Assembly (NCBI RefSeq): GCF_039541115.1
Contig: NZ_BAABFP010000004.1
Location: forward strand, 310,001 to 374,000
DNA: 64,000 nt
Origin: Angustibacter luteus
Lineage (GTDB): Bacteria > Actinomycetota > Actinomycetes > Actinomycetales > Angustibacteraceae
Reading direction: 5' to 3'
Position 1 is the stretch's first letter. Each line of letters starts with the position of its first letter. Under the pieces are notes generated by a model. It was not told the origin of the DNA. It saw nothing but the letters and a program-made list of their open reading frames with translations, and searched no databases. Below, piece after piece: positions 29,049-39,780 of this stretch. Made by a program: the position numbers and the translations under genes.

Positions 29049-30158
29049 TCAGTTGCCCCAGCAGATCTTCAGACCCTCGTCTGAGGTGATGCTCTTCACG
29101 CCCTCAGCGGGCTTGTCGGTGATCAGCGCGACCCCGGTGTTGAAGAAGTCGAGGCCGGACGTCGTCGCCGGCTTCTCGCCGCCACGGGCGACCTTGGCGA
29201 TGGCCTCCATGCCCAGCGTCGCCATCTTCAGCGGGTACTGCTGCGCCGTGGCACCGATGACGCCGCTCTTGACGCTGGAGACGCCGGCGCAGCCGCCGTC
29301 GACGGACACGATGGTGGCCGTCTTGCCAGCGGCCTTCAGCGCACCGTTGGCGCCGACCGCGGTCGGCTCGTTGATCGTGTAGACGAGGTTGATGTTCGGG
29401 TTCTTCGCCAGGCACTTCTCCATGGCGGTGCGGCCGCCGTCCTCGGCGCCCTGCCCGGCCTCGTTGCAGACGATGGTGTAGTCGCCACCCTGGCCGCCGG
29501 TGTACTTGCCGGTCTTGGCCTCGTCACCGTTCTTCTTCGGGTCGGCGACGTCGATGCCCATGCCCTCGAGGAAGCCCTGGTCGCGGTTGTAGTCGACCGA
29601 GACGATCTTGTCGTCGAACAGGTCCAGCAGGGCGATCGTGGCCGCCTTGCCGGCGAGGGTCGCCGCCGCCCACTGGCCGTCGAGCTTGCCGGCCTCGCGG
29701 TTGTCGGTGGCGAACGTGATGTCGACCGTGTTGGCCGGGTCGGGCGGGGTGTCCAGCGCGATGACGTACAGGCCGGCGTCCCGGGCCTTCTTGATGGCCG
29801 CGTTTACGCCGGTGCTCATCGGCGTGATCAGGATCCCCTTGTCGCCGCGGGCGATGGAGTCCTCGATCGCCGTGATCTGGCCGGCGTCGTCACCTTCCTG
29901 CTTGCCGGAGGCCACGGTGAGCTTGACGTTGTTCTTGGAGGCGTCCTCCTTCGCGCCCTTCTGCATGGCGACGAAGAACGGGTTGGTGGAGTCCTTCGTG
30001 ATGAGGCTGACGCCGACGGCCTTTTCGCCGCCCGAGCTGGAGCCCGAGCTGGAGTCGTCGCCGCGGCCACAGGCCGCGAGGCCCGCCACCGTGACGCAGG
30101 CCGCAGTGATGGCGATGGCCCGTCTCATGGACGGGCTGCTGAGAGTCATGCGAGTCAT
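29049..30158 (-). CDS. sugar ABC substrate-binding lipoprotein (FrcB/RbsB-like)
   Basis: Lipobox LAAC; ITKDSTNPFF, ALDTP, FATDN, INEP, SVDGGC, QQYP. Confidence 0.9.
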   Translation of the reverse strand: MTRMTLSSPSMRRAIAITAACVTVAGLAACGRGDDSSSGSSSGGEKAVGVSLITKDSTNPFFVAMQKGAKEDASKNNVKLTVASGKQEGDDAGQITAIEDSIARGDKGILITPMSTGVNAAIKKARDAGLYVIALDTPPDPANTVDITFATDNREAGKLDGQWAAATLAGKAATIALLDLFDDKIVSVDYNRDQGFLEGMGIDVADPKKNGDEAKTGKYTGGQGGDYTIVCNEAGQGAEDGGRTAMEKCLAKNPNINLVYTINEPTAVGANGALKAAGKTATIVSVDGGCAGVSSVKSGVIGATAQQYPLKMATLGMEAIAKVARGGEKPATTSGLDFFNTGVALITDKPAEGVKSITSDEGLKICWGN

Positions 30159-30192
30159 GGTCAGGGTGTCCCTCTCTTGGCGGAACTACTGC

Positions 30193-30285
30193 TTGACAAC
30201 GATGTCAAACATAGTGTGTAGTCCCAGTAGCCGAGAAAGTCAATGGTTTGCCCGGAAAGCAGGTGTGATCGTGACACCGTTGTCA
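30193..30285. promoter_or_regulatory. two LacI-type operators
   Basis: TTGACAACGATGTCAA (30193-30208) and TGACACCGTTGTCA (30272-30285), with central CG, between the divergent SBP and LacI genes. Confidence 0.75.
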
Positions 30286-31305
30286 TCAGGGGCACCGCGA
30301 CCGCGGGCGACAATGCGTGAAGTCGCCGCGTTGGCCGGCGTGAGCCTGAAGACGGTGTCCCGGGTGGTCAACCGCGAGGCCAGCGTCTCGCCCGAGGTCA
30401 CGGCCCGGGTCGAGAAGGCGGTTCGCCAGCTGGGGTACCGGCACAACCTGGCGGCGAGCAACCTGCGCCGGACGAACGCCCGCAGCGCCATGGTGGGCGC
30501 GCTGCTGCAGGACGTCAGCAACAGCTTCAGCGCGTCGCTGCTGCGCAGCCTCGAGGACGCCGCGCACAGCCGCGACATGCTGCTCTTCGCCTCCAGCCTG
30601 GACGAGGAGCCCGAGCGCGAGCGCAGCCTGGTGGAGAGCCTGGTCCGCCGCCGCGTCGACGGCCTGCTGCTGATGCCGGCCACGCAGCGGCAGGACTACC
30701 TCGTCGACGACGTGCGCAGCGGCCTGCCCGTCGTCTTCGTGGACCGGCGCCCGCACGGGCTGGATGCCGACTCGGTGACCGTCGACAACACCCTCGGCGC
30801 CCGGATGGCGGTGGAGCACCTGATCGCGCACGGTCACGCACGCATCGCGCTGATCGGTGACCTGCCCGGGATCCAGACGGCCGCCGACCGGCTCACGGGC
30901 TACCACCAGGCGATGCGGAAGGCCGGCCTGCAGCCGCTGCGCGAGCACGTGGTGATGGGCGTGCGCAAGGACCGGGCCGCCTACGAGGCGGCCCTGCGGC
31001 TGCTCGACCTGGACCGGCCACCCACCGCGATCTTCGCGGCCCGCAACGCCTTGGCGATCGGCACGATCCGGGCGCTGCGCCAGCGCGGCCTGGCCGGACG
31101 CATCGCGCTGGTCGGCTTCGACGACTTCCCGCTCGCCGACATCGTCGACCCGCCGCTGACCGTGATCCGGCAGAACGTCGCCCAGATCGGCGTCGAGGTG
31201 ACCCGCCTGCTCTTTGCGCGCATCGACGGCGACCACTCGGCGTCCCAGCACATCGTGCTCCACCCCGAGCTCGTGGCGCGAGGGTCCGGCGAGCTCCGGC
31301 CCTAG
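30271..31305 (+). CDS. LacI-family transcriptional regulator
   Basis: TMREVAALAGVSLKTVSRVVN HTH; ALVGFDD; alternative start at 30313. Confidence 0.95.
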   Translation: MTPLSSGAPRPRATMREVAALAGVSLKTVSRVVNREASVSPEVTARVEKAVRQLGYRHNLAASNLRRTNARSAMVGALLQDVSNSFSASLLRSLEDAAHSRDMLLFASSLDEEPERERSLVESLVRRRVDGLLLMPATQRQDYLVDDVRSGLPVVFVDRRPHGLDADSVTVDNTLGARMAVEHLIAHGHARIALIGDLPGIQTAADRLTGYHQAMRKAGLQPLREHVVMGVRKDRAAYEAALRLLDLDRPPTAIFAARNALAIGTIRALRQRGLAGRIALVGFDDFPLADIVDPPLTVIRQNVAQIGVEVTRLLFARIDGDHSASQHIVLHPELVARGSGELRP

Positions 31306-31336
31306 CCCGCCCCCCCGCCACCCCGCACACCCTCCG

Positions 31337-31420
31337 CGGTGATCATGCACGTTCGCCCCGCGGCGCCCTGGCCAGTCACGCGGGGAGGCAGCCCGGCGGG
31401 GCGAACGTGCATGATCACCG
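31337..31420. repeat. intergenic inverted-repeat element, copy 2
   Basis: Perfect 25-bp arms CGGTGATCATGCACGTTCGCCCCGC, 34-bp spacer. Confidence 0.9.
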
Positions 31421-31548
31421 GGGTGGGGTCTCGCGATGTGGACACTTGGTGTCCACGGGATGACTCGCGGCCGTGCGCGGTGTTCCCTGGGACGAGGGAC
31501 GTCACCCCCGGCGTCCCGTCGCGCCCAGAAGCATGAGGTGAGCTGCAC

Positions 31549-32481
31549 GTGAGCCGCATCTACGACGACGTCACCACGCTGATCGGCAACACGCCGCTGG
31601 TACGTCTGAACCGCATCACGGACGGCGCGGGGGCGACCGTCCTGGCCAAGCTGGAGTTCTACAACCCGGCCAACAGCGTCAAGGACCGGATCGGGGTCTC
31701 GATCATCGACGCCGCCGAGGCGTCCGGCGAGCTCAAGCCCGGCGGCACCATCGTCGAGGCCACCAGCGGCAACACCGGCATCGCGCTCGCGATGGTCGGC
31801 GCCGCCCGCGGCTACGACGTCGTGCTGACCATGCCCGAGACCATGAGCAAGGAGCGCCGCGCGCTGCTCCGGGCCTTCGGCGCCGAGCTGGTGCTGACGC
31901 CCGGCTCCGAGGGCATGAAGGGCGCCGTCAACAAGGCCGACGAGATCGCCAAGGACCGCGGCGCCGTCCTGGCCCGGCAGTTCGCCAACGAGGCCAACCC
32001 GGCGATCCACCGCAAGACCACGGCCGTCGAGATCTGGGACGACACCGACGGCGAGGTCGACATCGTGGTGGCCGGCATCGGCACCGGTGGCACGATCACC
32101 GGCGTCGGGCAGGTGCTCAAGGAGCGCAAGCCCGGCGTCCAGATGATCGCGGTCGAGCCCGAGGAGTCGCCGATCCTGAACGGCGGGACCCCTGGGCCGC
32201 ACAAGATCCAGGGCATCGGCGCGAACTTCGTCCCTGAGATCCTGGACACCGGCATCTACGACGAGGTCATCGACGTCAACGCCGAGACGGCGGTCACCTG
32301 GGCCCGTCGTGCGGCCGCCGAGGAGGGTCTGCTCGTCGGGCTGTCGTCGGGTGCTGCGATCAAGGCCGCGGTCGACGTCGCGCAGCGCCCGGAGAACGCG
32401 GGCAAGACGATCGTGGTCATCATCCCGAGCTTCGGCGAGCGCTACCTCTCGACGATCCTCTACAGCGACCTGCTCGACTGA
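31549..32481 (+). CDS. cysK: cysteine synthase A
   Basis: [17 protein letters not shown] (PLP Lys), [25 protein letters not shown]. Confidence 0.97.
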   Translation: MSRIYDDVTTLIGNTPLVRLNRITDGAGATVLAKLEFYNPANSVKDRIGVSIIDAAEASGELKPGGTIVEATSGNTGIALAMVGAARGYDVVLTMPETMSKERRALLRAFGAELVLTPGSEGMKGAVNKADEIAKDRGAVLARQFANEANPAIHRKTTAVEIWDDTDGEVDIVVAGIGTGGTITGVGQVLKERKPGVQMIAVEPEESPILNGGTPGPHKIQGIGANFVPEILDTGIYDEVIDVNAETAVTWARRAAAEEGLLVGLSSGAAIKAAVDVAQRPENAGKTIVVIIPSFGERYLSTILYSDLLD

Positions 32482-32491
32482 TCGGCTGCTG

Positions 32492-33130
32492 ATGCACGTG
32501 CGCCGTTCCACGTCGACCGCCCCGAGCCCTTCTCTGGCAACGGGTCTGGCCGCCATCCGGGAACGGCTGACGGAGGACCTCGACACGGCCGCGCGACGTG
32601 ATCCCGCGTCGCGCGGCCGGGCCGAGCTGTTGCTGTGCTACCCCGGTCTGCACGCCGTCTGGGTGCACCGGCTCGCGCACCAGATGTGGCAGCGGCCGGG
32701 GCTGAAGCTGTCGGCGCGGCTGCTGTCCCAGCTCAACCGGTCCGTCACCGGGGTCGAGATCCACCCCGGTGCGCAGATCGGCCGGCGGCTGTTCATCGAC
32801 CACGCCATGGGCGTGGTGATCGGTGAGACCGCCGAGATCGGCGACGACGTGATGCTCTACCACGGCGTCACGCTGGGCGGCCGGTCGATGGAGCGGATCA
32901 AGCGGCACCCCACCATCGAGGACGGCGTGACCATCGGCGCCGGCGCCCGCGTGCTCGGGCCCGTGGTGGTCGGCGCCGGCGCGCAGATCGGCGCCAACGC
33001 GGTCGTCGTCAAGGACGTGCCGCCGGGCTCGGTCGTGGTCGGCGTCCCGGGGCAGGTGCGGCAGCCGCCGTCCGACGTCCGGGTCGAGGACCCCTACGAC
33101 GTCTGGGCCGACCCGGCGATCTTCATCTAG
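32492..33130 (+). CDS. cysE: serine O-acetyltransferase
   Basis: [38 protein letters not shown]; follows cysK. Confidence 0.95.
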   Translation: MHVRRSTSTAPSPSLATGLAAIRERLTEDLDTAARRDPASRGRAELLLCYPGLHAVWVHRLAHQMWQRPGLKLSARLLSQLNRSVTGVEIHPGAQIGRRLFIDHAMGVVIGETAEIGDDVMLYHGVTLGGRSMERIKRHPTIEDGVTIGAGARVLGPVVVGAGAQIGANAVVVKDVPPGSVVVGVPGQVRQPPSDVRVEDPYDVWADPAIFI

Positions 33131-34125
33131 AGGCCGGGGTAGGTCAGCCCGATCTGGTCGCGGACCTGGTCCAGCGTCTCCATGATCGCCACGGTCTCGT
33201 CCAGCGGCATGGCCGGGCTCTCGGTCAGGCCCTCGCGCAGGCAGCGAGCGACCTCGGCCGCCTCGAAGCGCAGCCCCTTGTGCTCGTCCGGGGCCGGCTC
33301 CTCGGTCCACACCTCCGGCTCACCGACCCGCGGGCGGAAGACGAACGACGTCGGCGCGTACCAGGTCGTGTCGATCTCGATCCGGCCCTCGGTCCCCACG
33401 ATCGCGGCCTGGCAGGGCCCGGCGGCGCGCATCGTGGTCGACAGGACCGCGTGCGCCCCGCTCGCGTACTCGAAGATCATCGAGGTCTGCGCGTCCACGC
33501 CGGTCGGGCCGAAGTCGGCGCGCGCGGTGACCTGGGACGGCGTGCCCAGCAGCATGGAGGCGAACGAGACCGGGTAGACGCCCAGGTCGAGCAGCGCGCC
33601 ACCGCCGAGCTCGGGGGAGAACAGCCGGTGCTCCGGGTCGAAGGCGAACCACTGGTCGTGGTCGGCGGTCACCGTGGTGATCTCGCCGAGCGCGCCGGCG
33701 GCCACGAGCTCGCGGATCCGCAGGACGTGCGGGAGGAAGCGCGTCCACATGGCCTCCATGCAGAACACCCCGCGCGCCCGGGCCGCGTCGACGATCTCGC
33801 GCGCCTGGGCGGCGTTCATCGTGAACGGCTTCTCGATGAGCACGGCCTTGCCGGCCTCGATGGCCAGCAGCGCGGCGTCCAGGTGGCCCGGGTGCGGGGT
33901 CGCCACGTACACGGCGTCGACGTCCGGGTCGGCGACGAGGTCCGCGTAGCTGCCGTGCGCCCGCGGCACGCCGTGGGCGCCCGCGAAGCGTTCGGCCGAC
34001 GCCGCGCTGCGCGAGCCGACGGCCACGACCTCGACGTCCGGCAGCAGCGCGATGTCCGAGGTCATGACGGACGCGATGCCGCCGGTGCCGATCACGCCGA
34101 ACCGGGTGGTCGAGCTCGAGGTCAC
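33127..34125 (-). CDS. Gfo/Idh/MocA-family oxidoreductase
   Basis: [39 protein letters not shown]. Confidence 0.92.
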   Translation of the reverse strand: MTSSSTTRFGVIGTGGIASVMTSDIALLPDVEVVAVGSRSAASAERFAGAHGVPRAHGSYADLVADPDVDAVYVATPHPGHLDAALLAIEAGKAVLIEKPFTMNAAQAREIVDAARARGVFCMEAMWTRFLPHVLRIRELVAAGALGEITTVTADHDQWFAFDPEHRLFSPELGGGALLDLGVYPVSFASMLLGTPSQVTARADFGPTGVDAQTSMIFEYASGAHAVLSTTMRAAGPCQAAIVGTEGRIEIDTTWYAPTSFVFRPRVGEPEVWTEEPAPDEHKGLRFEAAEVARCLREGLTESPAMPLDETVAIMETLDQVRDQIGLTYPGL

Positions 34126-35657
34126 GGGGGCTCCAGGGGCAGGATGTGGGCGACGACGTACGCCGGGTCCCCGTTCTCGTCGTCCAGGGTGCTGGCCCAG
34201 ACCCTCGCCGGCACGGGTGCCCCGGTGGCGTGAAGGTACCGCTTCTCCACCTGCTGCGTCCTGGCGTGGTCATCGAGCAGCTCGATCAGGTTCGACGTGT
34301 CCGCCAGCTGGTCGTCGGGGTGGGTGAGGTCGGCCACGGTCTTGCCGATCACCTCGTCGGGCGAGTACCCGAGCATCGAGGCGAACGAGGTGTTGCTGCG
34401 CAGGATCACCCCGTCGAAGTCCGAGAGGGCCAGGCCGATCGGGGACTGGTCGAACGCCCAGCGCAGGGTCGCCTCGAGCGAGGCGAGCTGGTGCTCCGCC
34501 TCGACCTGCGGCGTGACGTCCCGGCTGGTCGACACCACCTGCAGTGGCTTGCCGGTCTCGTCGCGCACGAGCTGGGAGCGGGTGTTCAGCCAGCGATAGG
34601 AGCCGTCGCGGTGCCGGGCCCGGTGCACCCGCACCGAGGCCCGCTCGCCGACCTCGGGCTCGCGGGTCGCCATGATCTCGGGGGCCTCGTCGGGGTGCAG
34701 GTGGTCGGCGGCCGACGTCCCGATGACCTCCGACGGCGTGTACCCCAGGACGGCGAGCGCCCCCGGCGACGCGTAGAGCACCGTCGCGTCGGGGTCGGCG
34801 ATGGTGACGAGCTCCTCGGAGCCGATCTGGATGGGGGCCGGTAGGCGGACGTCCAGGGCGTGCTCGAGCGGGCCGGGCGGCGGGTGCAGCTCGGCGGTCA
34901 GGTCGGACGACGCGGGTTCGGGGCGGCCGAAGAACCAGCCCTGGGCGGTGTCGCAGCCGAGCGCGACGAGCTGGCGGGCCTGCTCGCGGGTCTCGACCCC
35001 CTCGCCGCACACGGACAGGCCGAGGCTGTGGGCGGTGTCGATGAGCAACCGCACGATGACGGCGTCCCGGGCGTTCTCGTGCACCCGGGCCACGAACGAG
35101 CGGTCGATCTTCATGATGTCGATGGGCAGCCGGCGCAGCAGGCTGAGCGGGGAGTGCCCGATGCCGAAGTCGTCCAGCGCGATCCGGACGCCGAGCGAGC
35201 GCAGGGCGTGCAGCCGGGCCGCGGCCTCGTTCATGTCGCCGAGCGCGGCGGACTCGGTGATCTCGAGCACCAGTCGGCGGGGGTCCAGGCCGGACTCCTC
35301 CAGGGCCGCCGCGACCTGCCAGACGAACGTGTCGTTGGCCAGCTGCAGCGGTGAGACGTTGACCGAGACCCTGGTCTGCGGGCGGACCCCGTTGCTCCAC
35401 GCCTGGGTCGCGCGGCAGGCGAGCTCGAGCACGTGGGCGCCGAGCGCGTGGATCAGGCCGCTGGACTCGGCGACCGGGATGAACGAGTCCGGCGGGACGT
35501 CGCCGAGGGTCTGGTCGCTCCACCGGGCGAGCGCCTCGACGGCCACGGGGCGGGCCGAGGGGAGGGTGACGATGGGCTGGTAGTGCAGACCGATCGCGCG
35601 CTGGCTCAGGGCGCGGCGGAGTCTCGCCTCGATCTCGGACGTCGGTTGAGCGCCCAC
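34122..35657 (-). CDS. EAL-domain c-di-GMP phosphodiesterase with two C-terminal PAS domains
   Basis: YQPIV, EALARW, SVNVS, LEITE, LDDFG, KIDRSF, EGVE, QGW; then two PAS folds (HPDE, HPDD); start uncertain. Confidence 0.88.
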   Translation of the reverse strand: MGAQPTSEIEARLRRALSQRAIGLHYQPIVTLPSARPVAVEALARWSDQTLGDVPPDSFIPVAESSGLIHALGAHVLELACRATQAWSNGVRPQTRVSVNVSPLQLANDTFVWQVAAALEESGLDPRRLVLEITESAALGDMNEAAARLHALRSLGVRIALDDFGIGHSPLSLLRRLPIDIMKIDRSFVARVHENARDAVIVRLLIDTAHSLGLSVCGEGVETREQARQLVALGCDTAQGWFFGRPEPASSDLTAELHPPPGPLEHALDVRLPAPIQIGSEELVTIADPDATVLYASPGALAVLGYTPSEVIGTSAADHLHPDEAPEIMATREPEVGERASVRVHRARHRDGSYRWLNTRSQLVRDETGKPLQVVSTSRDVTPQVEAEHQLASLEATLRWAFDQSPIGLALSDFDGVILRSNTSFASMLGYSPDEVIGKTVADLTHPDDQLADTSNLIELLDDHARTQQVEKRYLHATGAPVPARVWASTLDDENGDPAYVVAHILPLEPP

Positions 35658-35804
35658 CCTGTACCTGGCCTTCCCCTGGCGCCTCAGGACGCCGCATCCT
35701 GCACGACCACCCTCCCACGATCGGCGACGTTTCGTGGCGCTGGGTGACAAATGCCCCCGATCGGCGGAGCCGGAGCGGTGGTCTGCCAGAATTGGCGCCG
35801 CCCG

Positions 35805-35887
35805 GGAGGGTTCGCATAGTGGCCGAGTGCAGGCGCCTTGAAAGCGCCCGAGGGAAACCTCCGAGGGTTCGAATCCCTCACCCTCCG
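35805..35887 (+). tRNA. tRNA-Ser, anticodon TGA
   Basis: Acceptor stem GGAGGGT/ACCCTCC, anticodon arm GGCGC-CTTGAAA-GCGCC, long variable arm, GGTTCGAATCC T-loop, discriminator G; CCA not encoded. Confidence 0.93.
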
Positions 35888-36022
35888 CAGACGTGACAGA
35901 GATTGACGTTCGTCACAGCGTCAGCGAGACGATGCCGGGTTGTCACGTATCAGCCGGTAAACTCGTCCGCTGAGGCACCCGGCCTCCCGTCTGGTGGACG
36001 ACGACCGAGCTTGTGAGGGTAC

Positions 36023-37156
36023 GTGAGGCAATCGTTCGACCGCCGGACTCTGCTGCTGGGTGCGATCGGCGCCGCTGGTGCGGCCGTGGTCGCCGCGTGC
36101 TCGCACGACAAGCCGCAGGCGGCCCCCGCGTCCCCGTCGCCCAGCGCGACCCCGACGCCGTCGCCGACCCCCTCGGACCCCCGTCCGCGCTGGCCGTTGA
36201 CCGGCCGGGTCATGAAGAACCCGGCGGACGGGAAGCACACGGCTGTCGCCGTCAAGGTCCCGGACAACAAGAACGAGCACCCGCAGGTCGGCCTGGACAA
36301 GGCCGACATCGTGTTCGTGGAGCTCGACGGCTACCGCGACTCCAGCGGCTACAGCAGCACCCGGCTCGTCCCGGTCTTCCACTCCCGGTTGCCGGACGGC
36401 GTGGGCCCGGTCCGCTCGATCCGCCCGGTGGACATCGCCCTGCTGAGCCCGATCGGTGCGGTCATCGGCAACACCGGGGCGACCGGCTGGGTGCTGAACT
36501 ACGTCAAGCACTTCGCGAGGTTCATCGACGGCTCGCGCTCGTACATGGCGACCAAGGGGACGGGCTCGTACTCGATCGACCCGAACCGGGTGCGCACGTA
36601 CCAGGGCGTCACGTATTACGACCGCGCCGTCGTCTGCCACCCGAAGCAGCTGGCGAAGCAGACCAAGAAGTTCCGTGGTGGACCGCCGCACCTGTACCTG
36701 CCGTTCGCCACCGCGGTCGACGAGGTGAGCACGGACAAGGGCAAGCCAGCGCGGACGATCCACGTGCCGTGGAAGCAGGGCCACACCTACGACATGGGCT
36801 ACACGTACGACAAGAAGTCCGGCACGTACCTGCGCAGCATGCCGTGGGGGCCGCACGTGCTGGCCGACGGGACCCGCGTCGCGCCGGACAACGTCCTGGT
36901 GATCCGGGCCAAGCAGCACTACGCGAAGATCTTCCACGGCAGCGGGCACGACGAGCCGATCCACGACATCGTCAACGCCAAGGGCACGTTCGCCTACTTC
37001 CACGGCGGCAAGTACGTCGCCGGCACGTGGAAGAAGGGTCCCGTGAACGGGCTGTTCAGCTTCACGCTCAGCGACGGTACGCCGCTGAAGATGGCCCCCG
37101 GCCAGACCTACGTCGAGCTCCCGCAGAGCAACGCCAAGGTGCTGGTCAAGGCCTGA
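36023..37156 (+). CDS. Tat-exported lipoprotein, DUF3048 (YerB-like)
   Basis: DRRTLL twin-Arg plus VAAC lipobox; WPLTG, AVKVPDN, PQVGLDKADIVF, TRL, GPVRSIR motifs. Confidence 0.78.
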   Translation: MRQSFDRRTLLLGAIGAAGAAVVAACSHDKPQAAPASPSPSATPTPSPTPSDPRPRWPLTGRVMKNPADGKHTAVAVKVPDNKNEHPQVGLDKADIVFVELDGYRDSSGYSSTRLVPVFHSRLPDGVGPVRSIRPVDIALLSPIGAVIGNTGATGWVLNYVKHFARFIDGSRSYMATKGTGSYSIDPNRVRTYQGVTYYDRAVVCHPKQLAKQTKKFRGGPPHLYLPFATAVDEVSTDKGKPARTIHVPWKQGHTYDMGYTYDKKSGTYLRSMPWGPHVLADGTRVAPDNVLVIRAKQHYAKIFHGSGHDEPIHDIVNAKGTFAYFHGGKYVAGTWKKGPVNGLFSFTLSDGTPLKMAPGQTYVELPQSNAKVLVKA

Positions 37157-37162
37157 CCGCGC

Positions 37163-37654
37163 TCAGGCGCGGACGCGGCCGACCTTGAGCAGGGCGAGGC
37201 CGATCAGGATCACCGTGACGCCGATCCCGAACACGGCCAGTGCGACGCCGAACGCCACGACCGAGGTGAACAGGCTGGCGCGCAGGAACGACGCGGTCAT
37301 CACCGTCTCGCGCTTCGGGTCGTCCTGGTCGAGCTCGGCGTAGGTCTTGCCGCCGCCGATCTCGGTCGCGTGCTTCTCGATCACGTTCGCCTGGGCGTAG
37401 GCCGTCCACGGCTGGTCGACCTTCTGGCCCGCGAAGTGCGCGGCGTCCTCGGAGACCGTGATGCCCTCGTCGCCCAGGGTGGTGGAGATGACCACCCACG
37501 TACCCGCGCCGGCGACCACGAAGATCAGCCCGAGCACGATGACGATGGTCGCGAGCGCGCGGCCCGCCGGCTTCGGTCGGGCGGCGACAGGCGCCTCGGT
37601 GGCGACGGCGGGCTCGGTCGGCTGGGGGTCTGGCGTCGGATCGCTGTCGGACAT
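37163..37654 (-). CDS. conserved actinobacterial 2-TM membrane protein
   Basis: AYAQANVIEKH, GGKTYAEL, MTASFLRASLFTSVVAFGV. Confidence 0.8.
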   Translation of the reverse strand: MSDSDPTPDPQPTEPAVATEAPVAARPKPAGRALATIVIVLGLIFVVAGAGTWVVISTTLGDEGITVSEDAAHFAGQKVDQPWTAYAQANVIEKHATEIGGGKTYAELDQDDPKRETVMTASFLRASLFTSVVAFGVALAVFGIGVTVILIGLALLKVGRVRA

Positions 37655-37732
37655 CTCGGGCTCCTCTGGCAAGTCGGGCGCGGACCTCCACCATCGCAGC
37701 GCCGACCGGCCGCGACAAGATCATCCGCGATC

Positions 37733-38365
37733 TCAGCCCGAGGTCGTCTGCGGGGTCGGGGCGGGCCGGGCGATCAGCTCGCGGTAGTCCGAGCGGAGCA
37801 AGGGCTCGGCGGTCAAGGCGCCGCCGGGCAGCGGGACCTCGACGGGCTTGCCGTCCCGGACGATCTGCACCGAGCGAACTCCCGGCACCGTCGTCGCGGT
37901 GAGCACGATCTGACCGACCGCGAGCGGCAGCCGGTCCGCCGAGGGGTCCTTCGCCGCCGCCTGCACCTCGAGCGTCGCCAGGCCGTCGACCAGGTCGACC
38001 AGCGCGAGGTCCACCCCCGGCGTGAGCGCGGTGCTCAGCCCGGCGGCGCGCTGGCGGTCGGTGGGGCCGGCGGACAGCATCTTCAGCTGGACCGCCAGCT
38101 GCTCCCGAGGTTCCAGGGACGACGTGTCCACCGGGGTGGGGACGGCGACCAGCTGCTGGTCGGCGTCCAGCAGGTAGGTGCGCGGCTCCGCCTCGCGCAC
38201 CCGCAGGTCGGGCGACGCCGTGGCCGAGCCGTTCGGGCTCGGGCTGAGCAGCCCGTACGGGACGTCGCCGGACCTGATCGCGCGCGGGTCGCCGTCCGCG
38301 GGCAGCCCGCACCCACCGAGCGCGACCAGGCACAGCGCGGCGGCGGCGATCCGTCGGCCGGTCAC
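37733..38365 (-). CDS. GerMN-domain lipoprotein
   Basis: Lipobox LGGC; L.AGPT...GLSTAL...LAVGQIVLTAT..PGV; GTGA overlap with the kinase. Confidence 0.8.
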   Translation of the reverse strand: MTGRRIAAAALCLVALGGCGLPADGDPRAIRSGDVPYGLLSPSPNGSATASPDLRVREAEPRTYLLDADQQLVAVPTPVDTSSLEPREQLAVQLKMLSAGPTDRQRAAGLSTALTPGVDLALVDLVDGLATLEVQAAAKDPSADRLPLAVGQIVLTATTVPGVRSVQIVRDGKPVEVPLPGGALTAEPLLRSDYRELIARPAPTPQTTSG

Positions 38366-39753
38366 GACACGCCCGCCGGCTCCGCGACAGCGGCGCCCTC
38401 GGCGACGAGAGGGAGCCGCAGCACGAACCGCGCACCACCACCCGGCCGGTCGGTGCACCCCACGCCGCCGTGGAAGGCCCGCGCCGTCTCGGCCACCAGG
38501 CTCAGGCCCAGCCCGGTGCCTTGCCGGGAGCCGCGCGAACCGGCCCGCACGAACCGCTCGAAGATCCGGGTCCGCTCGGCGAGCGGCACGCCCGGTCCCT
38601 CGTCGTCCACGGTCACCAGCGCGTCGGGGCCGGACCGCTCGACCGCGACGGCCCGCAGCCCGCCGCCGTGCAGGTCGGCGTTGTCGAAGAGGTTGAACAG
38701 GGCCCGGCTCAGCTGGTTCTTGTCGACCCGGACGACGAGTGGCTCGGTCGGCAGGGTGGGAGTCGTCGCGCGGTGGCTGGCCTGCAGCGCGTGCCGGACG
38801 AGGTCGCCGAGGTCGACGTCGCTGAGCGCCTGGGTCGCCACGCCCGCGTCCAGCCGGCCGAGCTCGAGCAGGTCCTCGAGCGAGCGCTGGAACCGGTCGA
38901 GCTCGGTGGCGACGAGGTCGAGCGCCTGCTGCGAGCGGTCCGGCAGCTCGTCGCGGCGACGCTGCAGCACCGCCACGCTGGTGACGAGGGTGGTGAGCGG
39001 GGAGCGCAGCTCGTGGCTGATGTCCGCCGCGAACCGGGCGTCGCGCTGGATCCGCTCGTCGAGCGCCTCGACCATCGCGTTGAACGAGCCGACGATGGCG
39101 GCCAGGTCCGGGTCGTCCGTGCTGGGCAGCCGGGTGCTCAGCTCGCCGACGGAGATGCGGGCTGCCGCGGCGGCGACGTCGTCCAGGGGGGCGACCACCC
39201 GGCGGGCGGCGTACCGGCCGAGCAGGGCGCCCCCGATGGCGGTCAGCACGGCGAACCCGAACAGGACGAGCCGCAGGGTGCCGAGCGTGCCGCTGAGCTC
39301 GGTGGGGCTGCTGACCTCGTAGAACTCGGCGCCCACCGCGGGCAGCGGCACCCCGACGACCAGCTCGCGGCCGTTCGGTCCGGTGGCCCAGACCAGGGTC
39401 GCCCGCCCGTGCGCGACGGCCTGCTGCGCGCTGGCCGGGATCGCCCGCGCGTCCGCCTGCAGGGACGAGGAGAACCACCGGCCGCCGCGGTGCACCACGA
39501 TGTCGGTGTCGGACGGCGGGGCGACGTCGCCGAGCACGTCGCTGACCTGGGCCCCGGAGGTGAGCAGGCCGTCGCGCACGAAGGACGCGTCGGCGAACGC
39601 CTGCCGGGTCGCGGTGCGCTCACGCTGGTCGACGAGGTAGTGCCGGGCCACGAAGTAGGTGCCCGCGGCCAGCACCGCCGACAGGATCAGCGCCCCACCG
39701 GTGAACGCCACCGTGACGCTCGCGCGCAGCCCCCAGGGGCGTCGCCGTCTCAC
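38362..39753 (-). CDS. HAMP sensor histidine kinase
   Basis: ADISHELRSPL, NLFDNA, DDEGPG, GTGLGL. Confidence 0.95.
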   Translation of the reverse strand: MRRRRPWGLRASVTVAFTGGALILSAVLAAGTYFVARHYLVDQRERTATRQAFADASFVRDGLLTSGAQVSDVLGDVAPPSDTDIVVHRGGRWFSSSLQADARAIPASAQQAVAHGRATLVWATGPNGRELVVGVPLPAVGAEFYEVSSPTELSGTLGTLRLVLFGFAVLTAIGGALLGRYAARRVVAPLDDVAAAAARISVGELSTRLPSTDDPDLAAIVGSFNAMVEALDERIQRDARFAADISHELRSPLTTLVTSVAVLQRRRDELPDRSQQALDLVATELDRFQRSLEDLLELGRLDAGVATQALSDVDLGDLVRHALQASHRATTPTLPTEPLVVRVDKNQLSRALFNLFDNADLHGGGLRAVAVERSGPDALVTVDDEGPGVPLAERTRIFERFVRAGSRGSRQGTGLGLSLVAETARAFHGGVGCTDRPGGGARFVLRLPLVAEGAAVAEPAGVS

Positions 39754-39780
39754 GCTGGGCCTGGCTTCACGTCGCGCCCG

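Noticed and set aside
31460..31552. Cys-rich attenuator leader peptide before cysK
   Set aside because: The short ORF has only two scattered Cys codons and no Cys run
35891..35948. ACGTGACA/TGTCACGT inverted repeat and a CRP-like ATTGA-N6-TCACA after the tRNA
   Set aside because: Short or imperfect matches that could arise by chance
35805..36022. tRNA-Ser as an integration site for an island
   Set aside because: No integrase, and I saw no duplicated tRNA 3' end in the window
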